Origin: Eledone cirrhosa
Taxonomy: Eukaryota
Assembly (NCBI GenBank): GCA_964016885.1
Contig: OZ024741.1
Location: 107,074,001 to 107,138,000, forward strand
Length of the DNA stretch: 64,000 bases
Direction: 5' to 3'
How positions within the stretch are numbered: the first letter of the stretch is position 1; each line of letters starts with the position of its first letter. This document shows, piece after piece, positions 27,204-42,820 of the stretch. Made by a program: the position numbers and the translations under genes. Below the pieces are notes generated by a model. It did no database searches. It was not told the DNA's origin and saw only the letters and a program-made list of their open reading frames with translations.

Positions 27204-27810
27204 GCGGTGGTTTGGCACTATCGGTAGAGGGTCGGACGCCATGCTTTGCAGCAAAGAGTTACGGCCGTTTATGATCAGAGGTCAAATCCCGCCGAGGTTA
27301 ACTTTGCCTTTCATCCTTACGGGGTCGATAAAATAAAGTACCAGTAATGCACCGGGTATTTGTTGGCCTTGTGCCTAAAGTAGAAACAATTATTTTTCTT
27401 GGTGGATTGGCAGTATTGGTAGAGGGACAGACACCATACTTTCCAGCATAGAGTTACGGCCCTTGCTATTCTGAGTTCAAATCCTGCCGAGGTTAACTTT
27501 GCCTTTCATCCTCACGGGGTCGATAAAATAAAGTACCAGTAATGCACTGGGTGATTGCTGGCCTTGTGCCAAAAGTAGAAACAATTATTTTTCTTGGATT
27601 GGCAGTATCAGTAGAGGGTCGGACGCTATGCTTTGACGTATAGAGTAACGGCCCTTTGACGTATAGAGTAACGGGATTTGAACTCAGAATGCTGAGTTCA
27701 AATCCCGCCGAGGTTAACTTTGCCTGTCATCCCTACGGGGTCGATAAAATAAAGTACCAGTAATGCTCTGGATAATTGCTGGCCTTGTGCCAAACGTAGA
27801 AACAATTATT
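27204..27810 (+). mobile_element. Three head-to-tail family 1 SINE copies
   Basis: Copies at 27204-27394, 27401-27589 and 27596-27810, each bounded by attatttttct(tg). Confidence 0.92.
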
Positions 27811-27876
27811 TTTCTATATTAGCGTCTTTTCTCTTCCGTATTTTCAGTGTCCCCTTCTTTCTATATCTCTCGCTCC

Positions 27877-27978
<102 letters not shown>

Positions 27979-27985
27979 TCATATA

Positions 27986-28029
27986 CGAAAGAGTCAGGAC
28001 CCCGTCGGCTGAGCTCCGGCCGTTTCGAC

Positions 28030-28087
<58 letters not shown>

Positions 28088-28273
28088 CGAAGGAAATGTG
28101 GTAAGGAACCAGATGGACCATAACGCACCAAAGTATTCAATACTTAGCGTAGTAGAGTGGGTAATAGGAACGAGTAGGACCCCGACGGCTGAGCTCAAGC
28201 CGTTTCGACGGCTAATTCTGAATTAGCCGTCGAAACGGCTTGAGCTCAGCCGTCGGGGTCCTACTCGTTCCTA
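27986..28273. repeat. Repeat family with HHR 3' half; fold-back at 28166-28273 (other copies 39720-39850, 46865-46995)
   Basis: gtc GAAAC ggc ttgagctca gcc GTC ggggtcc; ~50-bp arms around aattc-t-gaatt. Confidence 0.75.
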
Positions 28274-28850
28274 TATATATATATATGTATAAAAAACAGG
28301 AGAAGAAAGAAGAATACTGCGTGGTTGGACATGGGTTACATATGATAAAATTAGTCCCTCGTCAGTGATTTGCCAACCATCATTGATATTTCATCGCATT
28401 AAAAATCATATACCTCTGGTTGGTGCGAGCAATAACTAAAAAAAGCTATTGGGACAAGTAAATCGCGCAAAGCGAGTGAGACAAGTAAACAACATAGAAG
28501 GATAAAAGCAAACCGAAGATAGGAAAATAAACAAGCAACATGGTTATCCGGTCAGCATAAACTGGGTGGATTTCATGAGCGATCAAGATACAGACCGTCC
28601 GACGTGAGTGAGATGTGAGCAAGAAAAGACCCCACTACTAGCCAAACGGGAGGAAGTGAGAAGGAGAGAAACAGAGAGTGAGTGAGTGGAAGTGCGAGGA
28701 AGAGGTCAGTCGAGAGAAAGTGTAGTATTCAATCGGGGGCAATCACAGTAAGTAAGGCACTCAAAACATTAGTAGAGTGTAAACATTTACAGATTTAATA
28801 TTGAAATGGCTTCTACATGACCAGAACTGCTTCATTCGAAGCAAATCATA

Positions 28851-28934
<84 letters not shown>

Positions 28935-29268
28935 AATATATATATATATATATGGGAGTCCACCTGGTTGTGATGGGGCTGATAACGTTGTTAAAACTCA
29001 ATGTATCCTAGGAATTATAGTTGCGGCGAGGTTCGGCAGTGTGACCAGTAGTTCTTGTGGTAGGTGATCACCACCTACGGTATTCTCTAAGGAAATCAGT
29101 CCGGGTTACAGTCATTGTACTCGTATTCTTAGTACCTTTGCTTCTTGACGCACCCTATAACCCCACCATCTCCAGTTTCAGGAACCATTCGGATATACTA
29201 CACGCCCCCATCTACTTATTTCTGTACACCGTATCTCTCTCTCTCTCTCTCTCTTTCTTTCTCCCCCC

Positions 29269-29303
<35 letters not shown>

Positions 29304-29311
29304 CTCTCTCT

Positions 29312-29369
<58 letters not shown>

Positions 29370-29441
29370 AATATAAAAAACGAAAAATCATTGATGCATC
29401 TAGACTCAGTTTATTGCGTGTTACAATTGTTTCGCCGGCAG

Positions 29442-29519
<78 letters not shown>

Positions 29520-29770
29520 CTTTTAGTAAATAAAATCAGTTTGGTGTTTCTGAGGAGGACGGCCGATTGAACAAGATCCTCGAGACTAGTAATAGGTAGT
29601 AACTTAACCACTAACATGCTGAACGATACATCGATCTTCACCGTTCAGTCGACCCTCTGCAAAGATCGTAAAACAATGAACTAACTCTCTATTTATACCT
29701 GATTTCTGTTTTTATCGTTGAAACACACACACACACACGCACATACACACACACACACACACGCACACGC

Positions 29771-29812
<42 letters not shown>

Positions 29813-30065
29813 CCATATATATGCATATGTATGCATATGTATCTATATAAATATGTATATACATGTATATATATCTATATATATGTGTGTGTATATATAT
29901 ATATATGCATATATAAATACACACACACGCACACACACATATATACATATAAATATGTGTGTGTGTGTATATATATATATAAATATATATATATTTATAT
30001 ATATATATTTATATATATATATATACATATGTGTGTGTATATATATTTATATATATATATACATA

Positions 30066-30099
<34 letters not shown>

Positions 30100-30737
30100 A
30101 ATATATATCTATATATATATAAATATATATCTGTTACCTCTTCCAGCTATCCGGCTGAGACCATGCTGGGGTACCGCCCTTTATATATATACATATATAA
30201 ATACAAACTCATTCGCAGGGAAATAGAATCACTCGGTTTGGTGTCTGAGCCCACTCTTTGCTCACCTGGAGTGAGTGACCCCAAGTCCTTGCTAGGAAAT
30301 CATTGATGTAAAACCTCTGACTCGATGGTAGCCGATGATGTTGACCTGTTCTTCTCTTTGGATAACTTCCACCGTTCTTCAGAGAGTAGAATTAATCCAG
30401 TGCAAGGCTTTTGTTCACTTAAATAAGCTTCAAGCACAGGCATCACTTGATCTAAACACCTTTCACAAATGTTGCTTGGCTAGCAGTAGCCGTAAAAGGT
30501 CATGTTTTTAAACACCTATGACGGGAAAGAGGCATGAAGTGATGGCAATTCTCGAAAGAAGTTGAAATGCAGCCATCAATATATATATATGACATACAAG
30601 CCGAAACCGCTTCATGCCGCGGTCGGGAAGTTACATATCTCTTTCCTCTTCCTCTTTCTCACTCCTCCTCCCTCCCTCTCTATATATACGCATATATAAT
30701 TGGGATGCCATGTTCAATTATTATTGGTTCACCAGTT

Positions 30738-30923
30738 GGATTGGCAGTATCGGTAGAGGGTCTGACGCCATGCTTTGCAGCAAAGAGTTACGCCCCTTTA
30801 TGGTTTGAGTTCAAATCCCGCCGAGGTTAACTTTGCCTTTCATCCTTACGGGGTCGATAAAATAAAGTACCAGTAATGCACTGGATATTTGCTGGCCTTG
30901 TGCCAAAAGAGGAAACAATTATT
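30738..30923 (+). mobile_element. tRNA-derived SINE, family 1, with TSD
   Basis: TSD attattggttcaccagtt on both sides. Confidence 0.92.
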
Positions 30924-31096
30924 GGTTCACCAGTTTGACCACCCAATGCCTATATGATGCCGGTTGTCGATGTGGTATTCTACATTTGGTATTACACTGT
31001 AGTAGGTATCCTTAAGAATGCAGAGTGTTGATAATAATAATGATGATAACAAGCGGGAACGATGTATCAATATAACATCATTATGTTTTTTGAAGT

Positions 31097-31255
31097 GTGA
31101 CGTGCGTTTCAAGATCGATCAGCTCATGGTACAATCAAGAATGATTGGACCCGACTCTGGAATCGATAGCTCATCAGACTTGTGGATTCCTTAATGATTC
31201 ATTAAGGAATCCACAACTCTGATGTGCTATCGATTCCGGAATCGGGACCAATCGA
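31097..31255. repeat. Repeat family with putative long-stem-II HHR and fold-back (copies 33945-34195, 35720-35835, 52695-52780)
   Basis: Minus strand: aagt CTGATGA gc…GAAAC gcac GTC; imperfect palindrome centred near 31198. Confidence 0.6.
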
Positions 31256-31448
31256 TACCTCGTTTCTGCACCTTATATATATATATATATATATATAGTA
31301 TAAAAGAGAAAACACAGGTAAGCATTAAGAGAAGGATTTTATCCGGGTATTTACGACCGTTTCATTGGTAAGTGCAACCTTATATTGCTACACTGCAAAT
31401 AGCAGCCACTCAATTATAATTGTTGTTCACAGTCCAAATTTTCAAAAT

Positions 31449-31528
<80 letters not shown>

Positions 31529-31899
31529 TACAACGAAAGCAACAGGCACTGGAAAGTACAAACTAAACATTGGTTGAAACATTGGCAAGCACATGTTGAT
31601 TTTCGTCAGCAACCATTTCATGTTGTCTTGGATGTGGGGATAGCAGATAGCATTGTTCATCCCAGTATACCAGCAGCCACTAGATATTGGTTTACGATGA
31701 ATTTACGTACAAGACGAAATACAACAAAAATAACAATATACCACAGTACAAATTACAATTTTATCTTTCTATTAACAAGGAAGATGTGGCAAAACATGTT
31801 GATACGAACTGCCGAACGCTAGAAGTTGAAAACAAAGCACAATCATAACTGAGCATATTGTGCAAAAAATCTAGTTGTTTATGTAGATAGATAATAATC

Positions 31900-32294
31900 T
31901 ATAAAATCTTTCGGAGTATGGTACTTGGATTGAAATAAAAACTGTTAGGGAAGACAAAATGCCTGAGTCAAAATCAATGCACGACTTTGGAATTGATTTG
32001 AGAAATGATGCGACATTTCAAGGTCATATTACCAAGATGATGGCAATGTGTTGACAACTGGCCTGATGGATTCTGAGGTCCTTCAAGACAAGAAACTAGT
32101 AGGAAGACTTCGTTGCTGCCTTGGAGAACATTTGTTGTTCACTGCCTGAACTATTACTTCCTTGTAGTGTCAAATTACGGCAGGACTTGAAGCAATGCAA
32201 CGAAACTGCACCAAGAAGAGATAAGTTCCTGGGAAAGACTGAAAAAAATTAAGACTAGTGACTGCAGCGACCACCGGAGAGATACTCAGTGATG

Positions 32295-32295
<1 letters not shown>
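31900..32295 (+). mobile_element. Decayed CR1/Jockey-group LINE ORF2 C-terminal fragment
   Basis: DFGIDLRNDATFQGHI…WILRSFKTR…LEAMQRNCTKK…WERLKKL…LQRPPERY remnants. Confidence 0.7.
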
Positions 32296-32390
<95 letters not shown>

Positions 32391-32393
<3 letters not shown>

Positions 32394-33061
32394 TAAAACA
32401 TGTCTATAGAATCACTAGATAAAATATATACCGTTTCCTCTCCGAATTAGCATAATTAACCATATAAAAAAAATCAATTAGACCAAGCTATAAGAATAAA
32501 GGCTCCTATGAAGAAATCTCCGACAAATAACCGAAAGCAGCCCCTTCGCGGCGGTTACGACGGAGTATTTATCGAACATTTCGACAGCATGTATAAATCG
32601 ACCAGATATACAGTCAACTAAACAGAATTAGGTGTAAAATAAACTAGAAGAAATGTGTACATATTTAATTACCTCTACCATGGTTTCGTCCGCATTTTAA
32701 GACATCCGATAACATGGGATATCTAGAGCTTCGGATTCATCAGGAAGTTAGCTCAAATTTAGACAATTAATTTTTCAAAGTGATCGCGCCAAGAATACAT
32801 TAAAAAATGGCTAAGAATCGTGACGTGGCAGCGGTCAAGTTAGAAAGGATGTGATTAGTTGCTTACGGCTAGTAGGCTTATTGCTAGAACGCGCAACCCA
32901 ATACAGCCAAATTGCATCTCAACCTAACGGGAGATTATTACATATAAAGGTTTACATATATATATATATAAAGTCATAGATATATATGTGTTTTGCAACG
33001 GGTCACTTTGATTAGTTGCAAAACACATATATATCGATGACTTTATATATATATATGTAAA

Positions 33062-33070
<9 letters not shown>
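32391..33070 (-). mobile_element. Copy of the 23441-24175 element, with a terminal fold-back at 32944-33070
   Basis: Colinear reverse complement with the same 3' end (gacatgttttatga) abutting (TA)n. Confidence 0.8.
32672..32747 (-). ncRNA. Type I hammerhead ribozyme with extended stem II
   Basis: cttc CTGATGA atccg…cggac GAAAC catg GTA gagg; palindromic ACCATGGT stem III. Confidence 0.75.
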
Positions 33071-33138
<68 letters not shown>

Positions 33139-33214
33139 CCCGGTTCAATCGGGGGTAACTACAGTAAGTAAGGTACTCAATACATGGCAGAGTATAAATA
33201 TTTAATATAGAAAT

Positions 33215-33265
33215 GCCTTCTACAGAATTAGAACTGTTTCATTCGAAGGACATCATCAGGAAGGC
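33215..33265 (-). ncRNA. Type I hammerhead ribozyme (family with 28727, 39057, 56466, 61500)
   Basis: gccttc CTGATGA tgtccttcgaat GAAAC ag…ct GTA gaaggc; stem II weak. Confidence 0.7.
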
Positions 33266-33289
33266 CTTTCTGATGATTTCCTCTCTCGC

Positions 33290-33454
<165 letters not shown>

Positions 33455-34199
33455 ATAAAGTATGTCCAAAGAATCATTTGATAATATATATACACCATTT
33501 CCTCTCCCAATTAGCATAATCAACCACATAAAAAAATCAATTAGACCAGGCTATAAGATTAAAAGGCACCTATGAAAAAATATTAGATAAATAAACGACA
33601 GCAATCTCTTCGCGGCCGACCGCCATAGAATTTTTACCCAACATTTCAACAGCACGTGGAAATCGACTAAATATACCGTCAACCATACACAATTAGGTAT
33701 AAAATTAAAGTTAAAAGAAATGCGTACACAGTTACCAGGAGTATGTCTCTTTTTGAGATATCCTATTAAGGATAAAATCTCGAGTGTCGAACTGTATATA
33801 TATGTATATGTGTATATATGCTATTAGCTGGGTAACTTGTAGTTATTATCAGCGACGCTGGTTGAAGCACTCGATGCTGTTACTGTGTCCATCTCTCGTT
33901 AAGTTGTGCTCCAGGTTTAAGGTGGCTGTAGTGTGCAGAGTGTATGTGAAATGACAATAAGAATTACAGCTTTTTGTAAACTTTATGACATATTACAATT
34001 TGATTCCATATCGATCAACTCGGGTTTGATCATGTGATCGGATCCCGATTCTTAATCGACACTTCTTCAGATATCCAAAGTGGTCCCATCCAGAGTCAGG
34101 ATCCGATCCCATGATCAAACCCGAGCTGATCGATATAGAATCAAATTGTAATATGTAATAAAGTTTACAAAAAGCTACAATTCTTATTGTCATTTTAAA

Positions 34200-34516
34200 A
34201 ATAAAATATCCCATCAAATTAAAGCACAATCAACTTGATATTTTTGTTTAGGACCACACATTAAAAACATGCTCTGTTGTAGAAGTCAGCTGCCCACTTG
34301 ATGTCAATGCGGAAAGAAACATGCAAGAGAAAGAGGATATTTACAGGTTCAGATTGATACCTTTAGGATTGGTGTTTCTGGATATATACCAACATACCTG
34401 GGTGAAAATATAACAGAACTTGATTTTGTGAAGAAAGAATGTAGCTCCTTAATTTATAAACTATAAACAGCTGCGATATCTGGAATCTTCAAAATCTGTA
34501 AAACATTCTTATGATT
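34200..34516 (+). mobile_element. R4/Dong-like non-LTR retrotransposon C-terminal REL endonuclease relic
   Basis: KHNQLDIFV*DHTLKTCSVVEVSCPLDVN…QEKEDIY…IGVSGYIP…AAISGIFKICKTFL. Confidence 0.7.
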
Positions 34517-34851
34517 TAAAGGATGAACGCTTACACAAGAGACGACGACAATTTCCTTTTCTCTACAACCTTGCCAACGAGAAGATGGTTGTCAAAAATA
34601 AACTCACAATTAGTAGAAAGAGGGAAGACATAATATAAATATCCATCCGTCCGCCCGTTCATCCACTTATCCATCCATCCATTCATACATACATTTATGC
34701 ATACATACATGCATGCATACATACATACGTTCAGGCTTACATGCATTCATTCATACATACATGCATACATACATATATAAAAAAGTGAAAAATTGAACTC
34801 ACAACATTAAGTTCTTATGTGGATATGTCACTATCTGTAAACCAATTTTTG

Positions 34852-34912
34852 TATTTTATTTGATGAGAGCGTACCAAAATACTGGTACCCTTGAAATATA
34901 TATAATAAAATA
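34852..34912 (+). ncRNA. Type I HHR variant (UUGAUGA core, AUA cleavage triplet)
   Basis: tattttat TTGATGA gagc gtacca aaatac tggtac cctt GAAAT atat ATA ataaaata. Confidence 0.65.
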
Positions 34913-34943
34913 AATATGGTTTTATAAAGATAGTTTCCATTTA

Positions 34944-35030
<87 letters not shown>

Positions 35031-35872
35031 AAAGTAAGGTGTTATAAAATGTCTCACACGAGTAAAAGTATAAGGAAAATAAATTGAAAATGCAACTAGA
35101 GTATTTTAAGAATATTTATTTACTTTACCGGTTTCACAGTTCTTATGACTTTCAAAAGTAAAATTGAGATGAAGGGTTTGCGTTTCTGTTGTTGTTTGTT
35201 TCGCATTTAGTTGGAGTTCGAAAATTCTTTCTGTTTTATACAAAATAAAAGTGGCTCAGATTGCTATTTGTTTAAATTGTAATTTGGTTGGTTGATTTAA
35301 TCATGATGGAAAATAGGGATTTCCTTGTAAATTGAAAAAAAATGATAAACCCACTTAATCGGTGTTCGCACCTAGTTGGGCCCTCATCAGGAGACGTGTA
35401 AATCATTCAAACATATTTGATGGGCTTATATATTCATTCGCTTTTAATAGTATTCTGAAATAGACGTACTAATTTGCATATAAACAACGTTCGTGTTGGA
35501 AGTTAATTAAGAAGTGCGTTAAGCAGCCCAATAGTACAATAAAGTTATATCTATATATACTGACTGAGTAACTGAGACTGCATCAATGTGTATAGAATAT
35601 ACATATATACACCTTTGTAATATGTAGACATGTGAGCATGCCAGGAAATATGGATTTCCATGTAAATTTAATGGTACGTGCGGTAGTGATTACTGTCCGT
35701 CGCTGGAATCGCTTGCACATCCGACTTGTGAATTCTCGAATGATTCCACAAGTCTGATGAGCGGATCCCAGAGTCAGGCCGGATCCCTACCGATCGTCTT
35801 GAGCTGATTGATTGCGAAACGCGGTCGTGTAACTGAACCTTACACACCAATACAATACACACACACACACAC

Positions 35873-35941
<69 letters not shown>

Positions 35942-36029
35942 ACACATGTGCAACCACGCAGCACTCAATTTTTCTTATATTTATATATATATATATATAA
36001 ATAATTACATAAACGGAGAAAGCTTTTAG

Positions 36030-36077
<48 letters not shown>

Positions 36078-36083
<6 letters not shown>

Positions 36084-36146
36084 TCACCTTATGCGGCCTT
36101 CAGCTCGGACTGAAGATCCGCATAAGGTGAAACAATTGTTCTCAGT
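36078..36146. ncRNA. Back-to-back inverted pair of HHR motifs
   Basis: Plus strand: CTGAAGA tccgcataaggt GAAAC aatt GTT ctc; minus strand: gag CTGAAGG ccgcataaggt GAAAC aat (truncated by TA repeat). Confidence 0.6.
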
Positions 36147-36235
36147 ATGGTGAACTAACTGTTGTGTTACTACTTCTACCAAACTCGTCCCATGGACTAC
36201 GGATATTACCTTCCAATGTTCTATCCCTCTCTCTC

Positions 36236-36269
<34 letters not shown>

Positions 36270-36341
36270 TGAGTATATGTTGGTTGTTTACCGACACCTC
36301 AGTGTGCAGATTATATATATTTGTTCCTGTTCAAATTTTCC

Positions 36342-36444
<103 letters not shown>

Positions 36445-36917
36445 TGGGGCAGATAGAGAGAGGTAGAAAAATAGACGAATAGACAGGTACTCAGAGAGAT
36501 AGATTGGTGAGTAGTTTGAGAGAAAATATATAGATATAAGGAAAGACAAACAGACAGAAGGACATTATACAGCAGTATAATGAAAAATTAAAACCCTACA
36601 ATATAGAGTCTATATGAGAGGGACATTGAGTGTTAATCCATTAATTGTTTTAATAATAGTCCTTGTCTATATTTTCGTTGCCAGGTTGCCCAATGGCAAG
36701 CGGACCAACGGTTGCAATACAGGGACCCGCTGTAGTATTTTAGGGGATAATGCTTTGCTTTCAAAAAATATTTAAAAAAAAAAGTCTTAGAGAAAATATA
36801 AAATTTTTTTAATAAATAAACAAAGTAAAGCATTTGGTCAAACAATTCCTTAGGGAATTAATAGAAACCAAAATATATGATAGTGTTTTAGTTTAGATGT
36901 TGTCTTACTGTTTCTTC

Positions 36918-37137
36918 TACAACTACAACGGTACGCGATGGGGCCCACCCACCGCCCCGGCGGACATAAGGGAGAAGGCGTTTCCCCGGAAGACGGCGAG
37001 GGAGACGCGCTGGAAGAGCCACTCAAACTCGCGGGGCTCACACCTGCGGCTGGCCAGCTCAGCACCTATGGTGGTGAGTAAGGAGGTAGCCCCGGGGCCG
37101 AGGACACCAGAAGTCTCCACTGCCAGGGGTACGACAA
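36918..37137 (-). mobile_element. CRE-like retrotransposon 3' fragment
   Basis: VVPLAVETSGVLG…EPREFEWLFQRVSLAVFRGNA; closely similar to 11330-11545. Confidence 0.78.
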
Positions 37138-37406
37138 CAGTTACAATCACTGGTTGTCAAAATTATAGCTTACTGTATTCATTCATGCATGCATACATAC
37201 ATGGAAACATACACACACACATATGTAAAATCAATCAGTGGTCAGTTCTTCAGTCAAAAATCACAATTTTTGTACAAGTTGAAAACATATATGTAAACAT
37301 ATATATAAATCTATATATACACATGTACGTGTACATACATACACACACTCGCAGATATATATTGAGTGAGTGTGAAAGATCAAAGTTCATTATTGAAAGG
37401 CTCTGG

Positions 37407-37599
37407 GCGGTGGATTGGCAGTATCGGTAGAGGGTCGCACGCCATGCTTTGCAACATAGAGTTACGCCCCTTTGCGGTCTGAGTTCAAATCCCGCCGAGG
37501 TTAACTTTGCCTTTCATCCTTACGGGGTTGATAAAACAAAGAACCAGTAATGCACTGGGATAATTGCTGGCCTTGGGCCAAAAAGTAGAAACAATTATT
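37407..37599 (+). mobile_element. tRNA-derived SINE, family 1, with TSD
   Basis: TSD attattgaaaggctctgg on both sides. Confidence 0.92.
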
Positions 37600-38163
37600 G
37601 AAAGGCTCTGGATGTGTATATTTCGCAAGGTATTTTATATTTTTTTTATTGGAGTACTAAAGAAAAGCCACTTGCATACTCTACTCTAAATAACAGTATA
37701 CTACATATTCACAATTATTTAAAAATTATAACATTCTATATTAATATTTAGTATTACTGTATACTGCCAGTAATATATACAGTATATATACACTATAATT
37801 AGTAAAAAAAAATAGACATTTTTTTCCGCACAAAATTTGATTGCACTGTTCTGTTTCACTTATGTATTTTTTGAAAATGTTAGTTATTCATTATAAAAAT
37901 TAAATGATAGCATTCTATATGTGGGTGGGCCCCCTTTATCTCCTGGCAAGCAATACTTTTAGACCCAGTCCGCCAGTATATATATATATATATATATATA
38001 TGTGTAGATAAATCTACCAAAATGTACGGTAGTGTCCAATCCGTATGAAGAACTCAATGTAATCTGAATATCATGAAAAGAGAAGATATATTCAAAAAAA
38101 TTTTTAATATAAGGAATTTTTTAATATAAGGAACTGTTTCTTTGTTTATTCATTATTTTATTA

Positions 38164-38202
<39 letters not shown>

Positions 38203-38444
38203 ATATATATATATATATATACAATATATATATATATATATATACAATATATATATATATATATATACAAATATATTACACAAATAGAAATGTGTTACAC
38301 AGTGAAATGTGTGTAAAGGATTATTACAAGTGATTTTTACTGTTACTGTATAGAAAACAATATCTACAGGTTTAGCAATTAAATAGAAAAAAAACCTAAG
38401 TCAGAATCAAATTACTGAAGTAGAGTTTTAAATTACTAACCTTA

Positions 38445-39287
<843 letters not shown>

Positions 39288-39333
39288 GGAAAAAATGAAA
39301 CGAAATTTCATTTCTCACTCTTAGTACGTATAT

Positions 39334-39491
<158 letters not shown>

Positions 39492-39534
39492 GAGAGAGAG
39501 AGAGGGAGATATATAGGTATAGATATAGATAGAT

Positions 39535-39575
<41 letters not shown>

Positions 39576-39847
39576 TAGACAGTTACATAAATAGGTTAAT
39601 TACTTAGACAGTTCCATAGGTGATACACTTAACATACACATGTATATAGGGAGCTATATTCAATACACACACACACACACACGCGCGAACACACATATAT
39701 ATATATATATATATATATGAAAAGAGTTAGGACCCCGACGGCTGAGCTCCGGCCGTTTTGACAGCTAGATATATTACCCACTCTAATACCCTAAGTATTG
39801 AGTACACTGGTGCGTTATGGTCCACCTAGCACCTTACCATACTTTGT

Positions 39848-39945
<98 letters not shown>

Positions 39946-39947
39946 TG

Positions 39948-39978
<31 letters not shown>

Positions 39979-39980
39979 TG

Positions 39981-40011
<31 letters not shown>

Positions 40012-40048
40012 TGTATATATATATATATATATATACTGTATATTATTC

Positions 40049-40144
<96 letters not shown>

Positions 40145-40213
40145 TATATATACACATACACACACACATATATATATATATACACACATACACACACAAA
40201 TATATATATATAT

Positions 40214-40250
<37 letters not shown>

Positions 40251-40421
40251 CACATACATATTCGGTATATTTCCATATAAATAAATAGATTGACATATAG
40301 AAATACTACATATGTCGCTACCGTCACAATTTATATCATTAACCCCCACCCCCTCTCCTATTATCACCACACCGCATTCTGCTGTTGTTGGCTTTAATTC
40401 AATTTACCTTACGTAGTTTTG

Positions 40422-40495
40422 TTACTACTACTACAACTACTGCTGCTGCTGCTGCTGCTCCTACTGCTGCTGCTACTACTACTACTACTACTACC

Positions 40496-40527
<32 letters not shown>

Positions 40528-40696
40528 CAACACTGCTACTACTACTACTACTACTACTATAACTACTACTACTACTACCATCACCATTACTACTACTACT
40601 ACTACTACTACTGCTACTACTACTATAACTACTACTACTACTACCACCACTACTACCAACACCACCACTACTACTACTACTACTACCATTACTACA

Positions 40697-40749
<53 letters not shown>

Positions 40750-40762
40750 CACTACTACAACA

Positions 40763-40858
<96 letters not shown>

Positions 40859-40870
40859 GCTGCTGCTGCC
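40422..40870. repeat. (ACT)n/(GCT)n trinucleotide microsatellite
   Basis: Direct inspection. Confidence 0.95.
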
Positions 40871-40979
40871 GCTGTGGTAACCACACTACTGCCGTCAATA
40901 TAGACAGCCATTAAATGTATTTATGAAAAGACAACAAACTTCACCTTGATCGAAACCTCGCCACCCTCTCATAGTTCAT

Positions 40980-41219
40980 TCTCTTTGTCCTCCTCCTACT
41001 CCTCTCCTGCTGCTCCGCCTTCTCTTTTCCCTTCTCCTCCTCTTCCATTGCCTTCTCCGCTACCTCCTCCACCTCCTTCTCCTCATTAAACTCTCAATCT
41101 CCTTCGTTTTCGTCATATAGTTTGGTCTATCTTTCTTTGTTGGTCAGTCAGTCTGTCTGTCTGCCATCTTTCTCTCATTAATGTATCATTAACCCTTTTC
41201 TGACATCAGTCTTCATCAA

Positions 41220-41276
<57 letters not shown>

Positions 41277-42130
41277 GTCTGTCTATCTATTTATCTATCT
41301 ATCTATCTGTCTGTCTGTCTATCTATCTTATCAAACTATTTCTATTTATCTATCTATCTGTCTGTCTATCTAGCTTATTTAACCCCCCCTCTCACAGTCT
41401 CTCTATCATTTTTTTTCACTCGCTCAACGACTCACCCTCCCTCTCTCTGATTCTTTCGTTTTTCATCCTTTAAATTTCACTCTCCTCTCTGCCTTCTCAC
41501 TCACATAATAATACTCTCTCTTTTCTGTGTCTATCGCTCTCTATTAGACCTTCTCTCTTTCTCTCACACACACGCAAACACAAACTCTCACTCTTACACC
41601 CCTCTATGTCTACATCGTTATCTGCCAGTCAATCTCTCACACAGTTAAACATATTCTCTCTAACAAACCAGCCACCCCCTCTCTCTCTCTCTCTCTGTCG
41701 ATCTGTCAGTCTATCTCTCACACAGTAACATGTACTCTTTCTCTAACCTTCTCTCTCCCTCTCTCTTTCTTTCTCTCTCTAACCTTCTCTTTCTCCCTCT
41801 TCCTTTCTCTCTCTAACCTCTCTCTCCCTATCTCTCCCACCGTCTTTCTTTCTCTCTCTAACTCCTATCTCTCCCTCCCACTCTCTCTAACCTTCTCTTT
41901 CTCTCCCTCTTTCTTTCTTTCTCTAACCTCTCTCTCTCCCTCCATCTTTCTTTCTCTCTCTAACCCCACTCTCTCCCTCCCTCTCTCTCTCTCTTTCTTT
42001 CTCTCTCTCTTCCTATCTCTCCCTCCCTCTTTCTTTCTCTCTAATCTTCTCTCTAATCTATCTCTCCCTCCCCTGTCTCTAACCTCTCTCTCCCCCTCCC
42101 TCTCTCTCTATCCTTCTCTCTCTCACCCAC
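40980..42130. repeat. Long polypyrimidine (CT-rich) tract with ctctaacct subrepeats
   Basis: Direct inspection. Confidence 0.85.
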
Positions 42131-42524
42131 TGTCAGCCTATCTTTACCGTTTGTCACAATTAATCAGCTGTGTCAGTTAGTGACTTCACTCCCTCCCAAC
42201 CTGTTATGGCTGCCCGACTGTCTCAGCTCTCACCTCTCACTCTCGTCTCTTCCTACCAAACTATTGCTACCCTATGTACAGGACGTTTCAAAATGCCCTA
42301 CCACTACCGCCACTACTGCCACACCCATACTGACCACCACCTCTCGTCTTCCTAAACCATACTCACTCTATCTTCTTACTCTCTCTTTCTATCTCTTCTG
42401 CATTCTCCCCCCTCTCTATACACACACAGACGCTCATACATACACATATATATATACATACATATATAACACATATATATATATATTATATATATATATA
42501 TATAATACATATATATATATATAT

Positions 42525-42661
<137 letters not shown>

Positions 42662-42676
42662 CATACATAGATATAC

Positions 42677-42712
<36 letters not shown>

Positions 42713-42741
42713 GCAAAGTAAAAAACACACACACACCGCGC

Positions 42742-42820
<79 letters not shown>

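Noticed and set aside
39840-40030. CRISPR-like repeat and spacer pattern
   Set aside because: Eukaryotic context, spacers are TA runs, no cas genes
40385-40911. Poly-Thr or poly-Val 'mucin-like' ORFs (also 59234-60008)
   Set aside because: Pure trinucleotide repeats, open on both strands, with no domain or splice support
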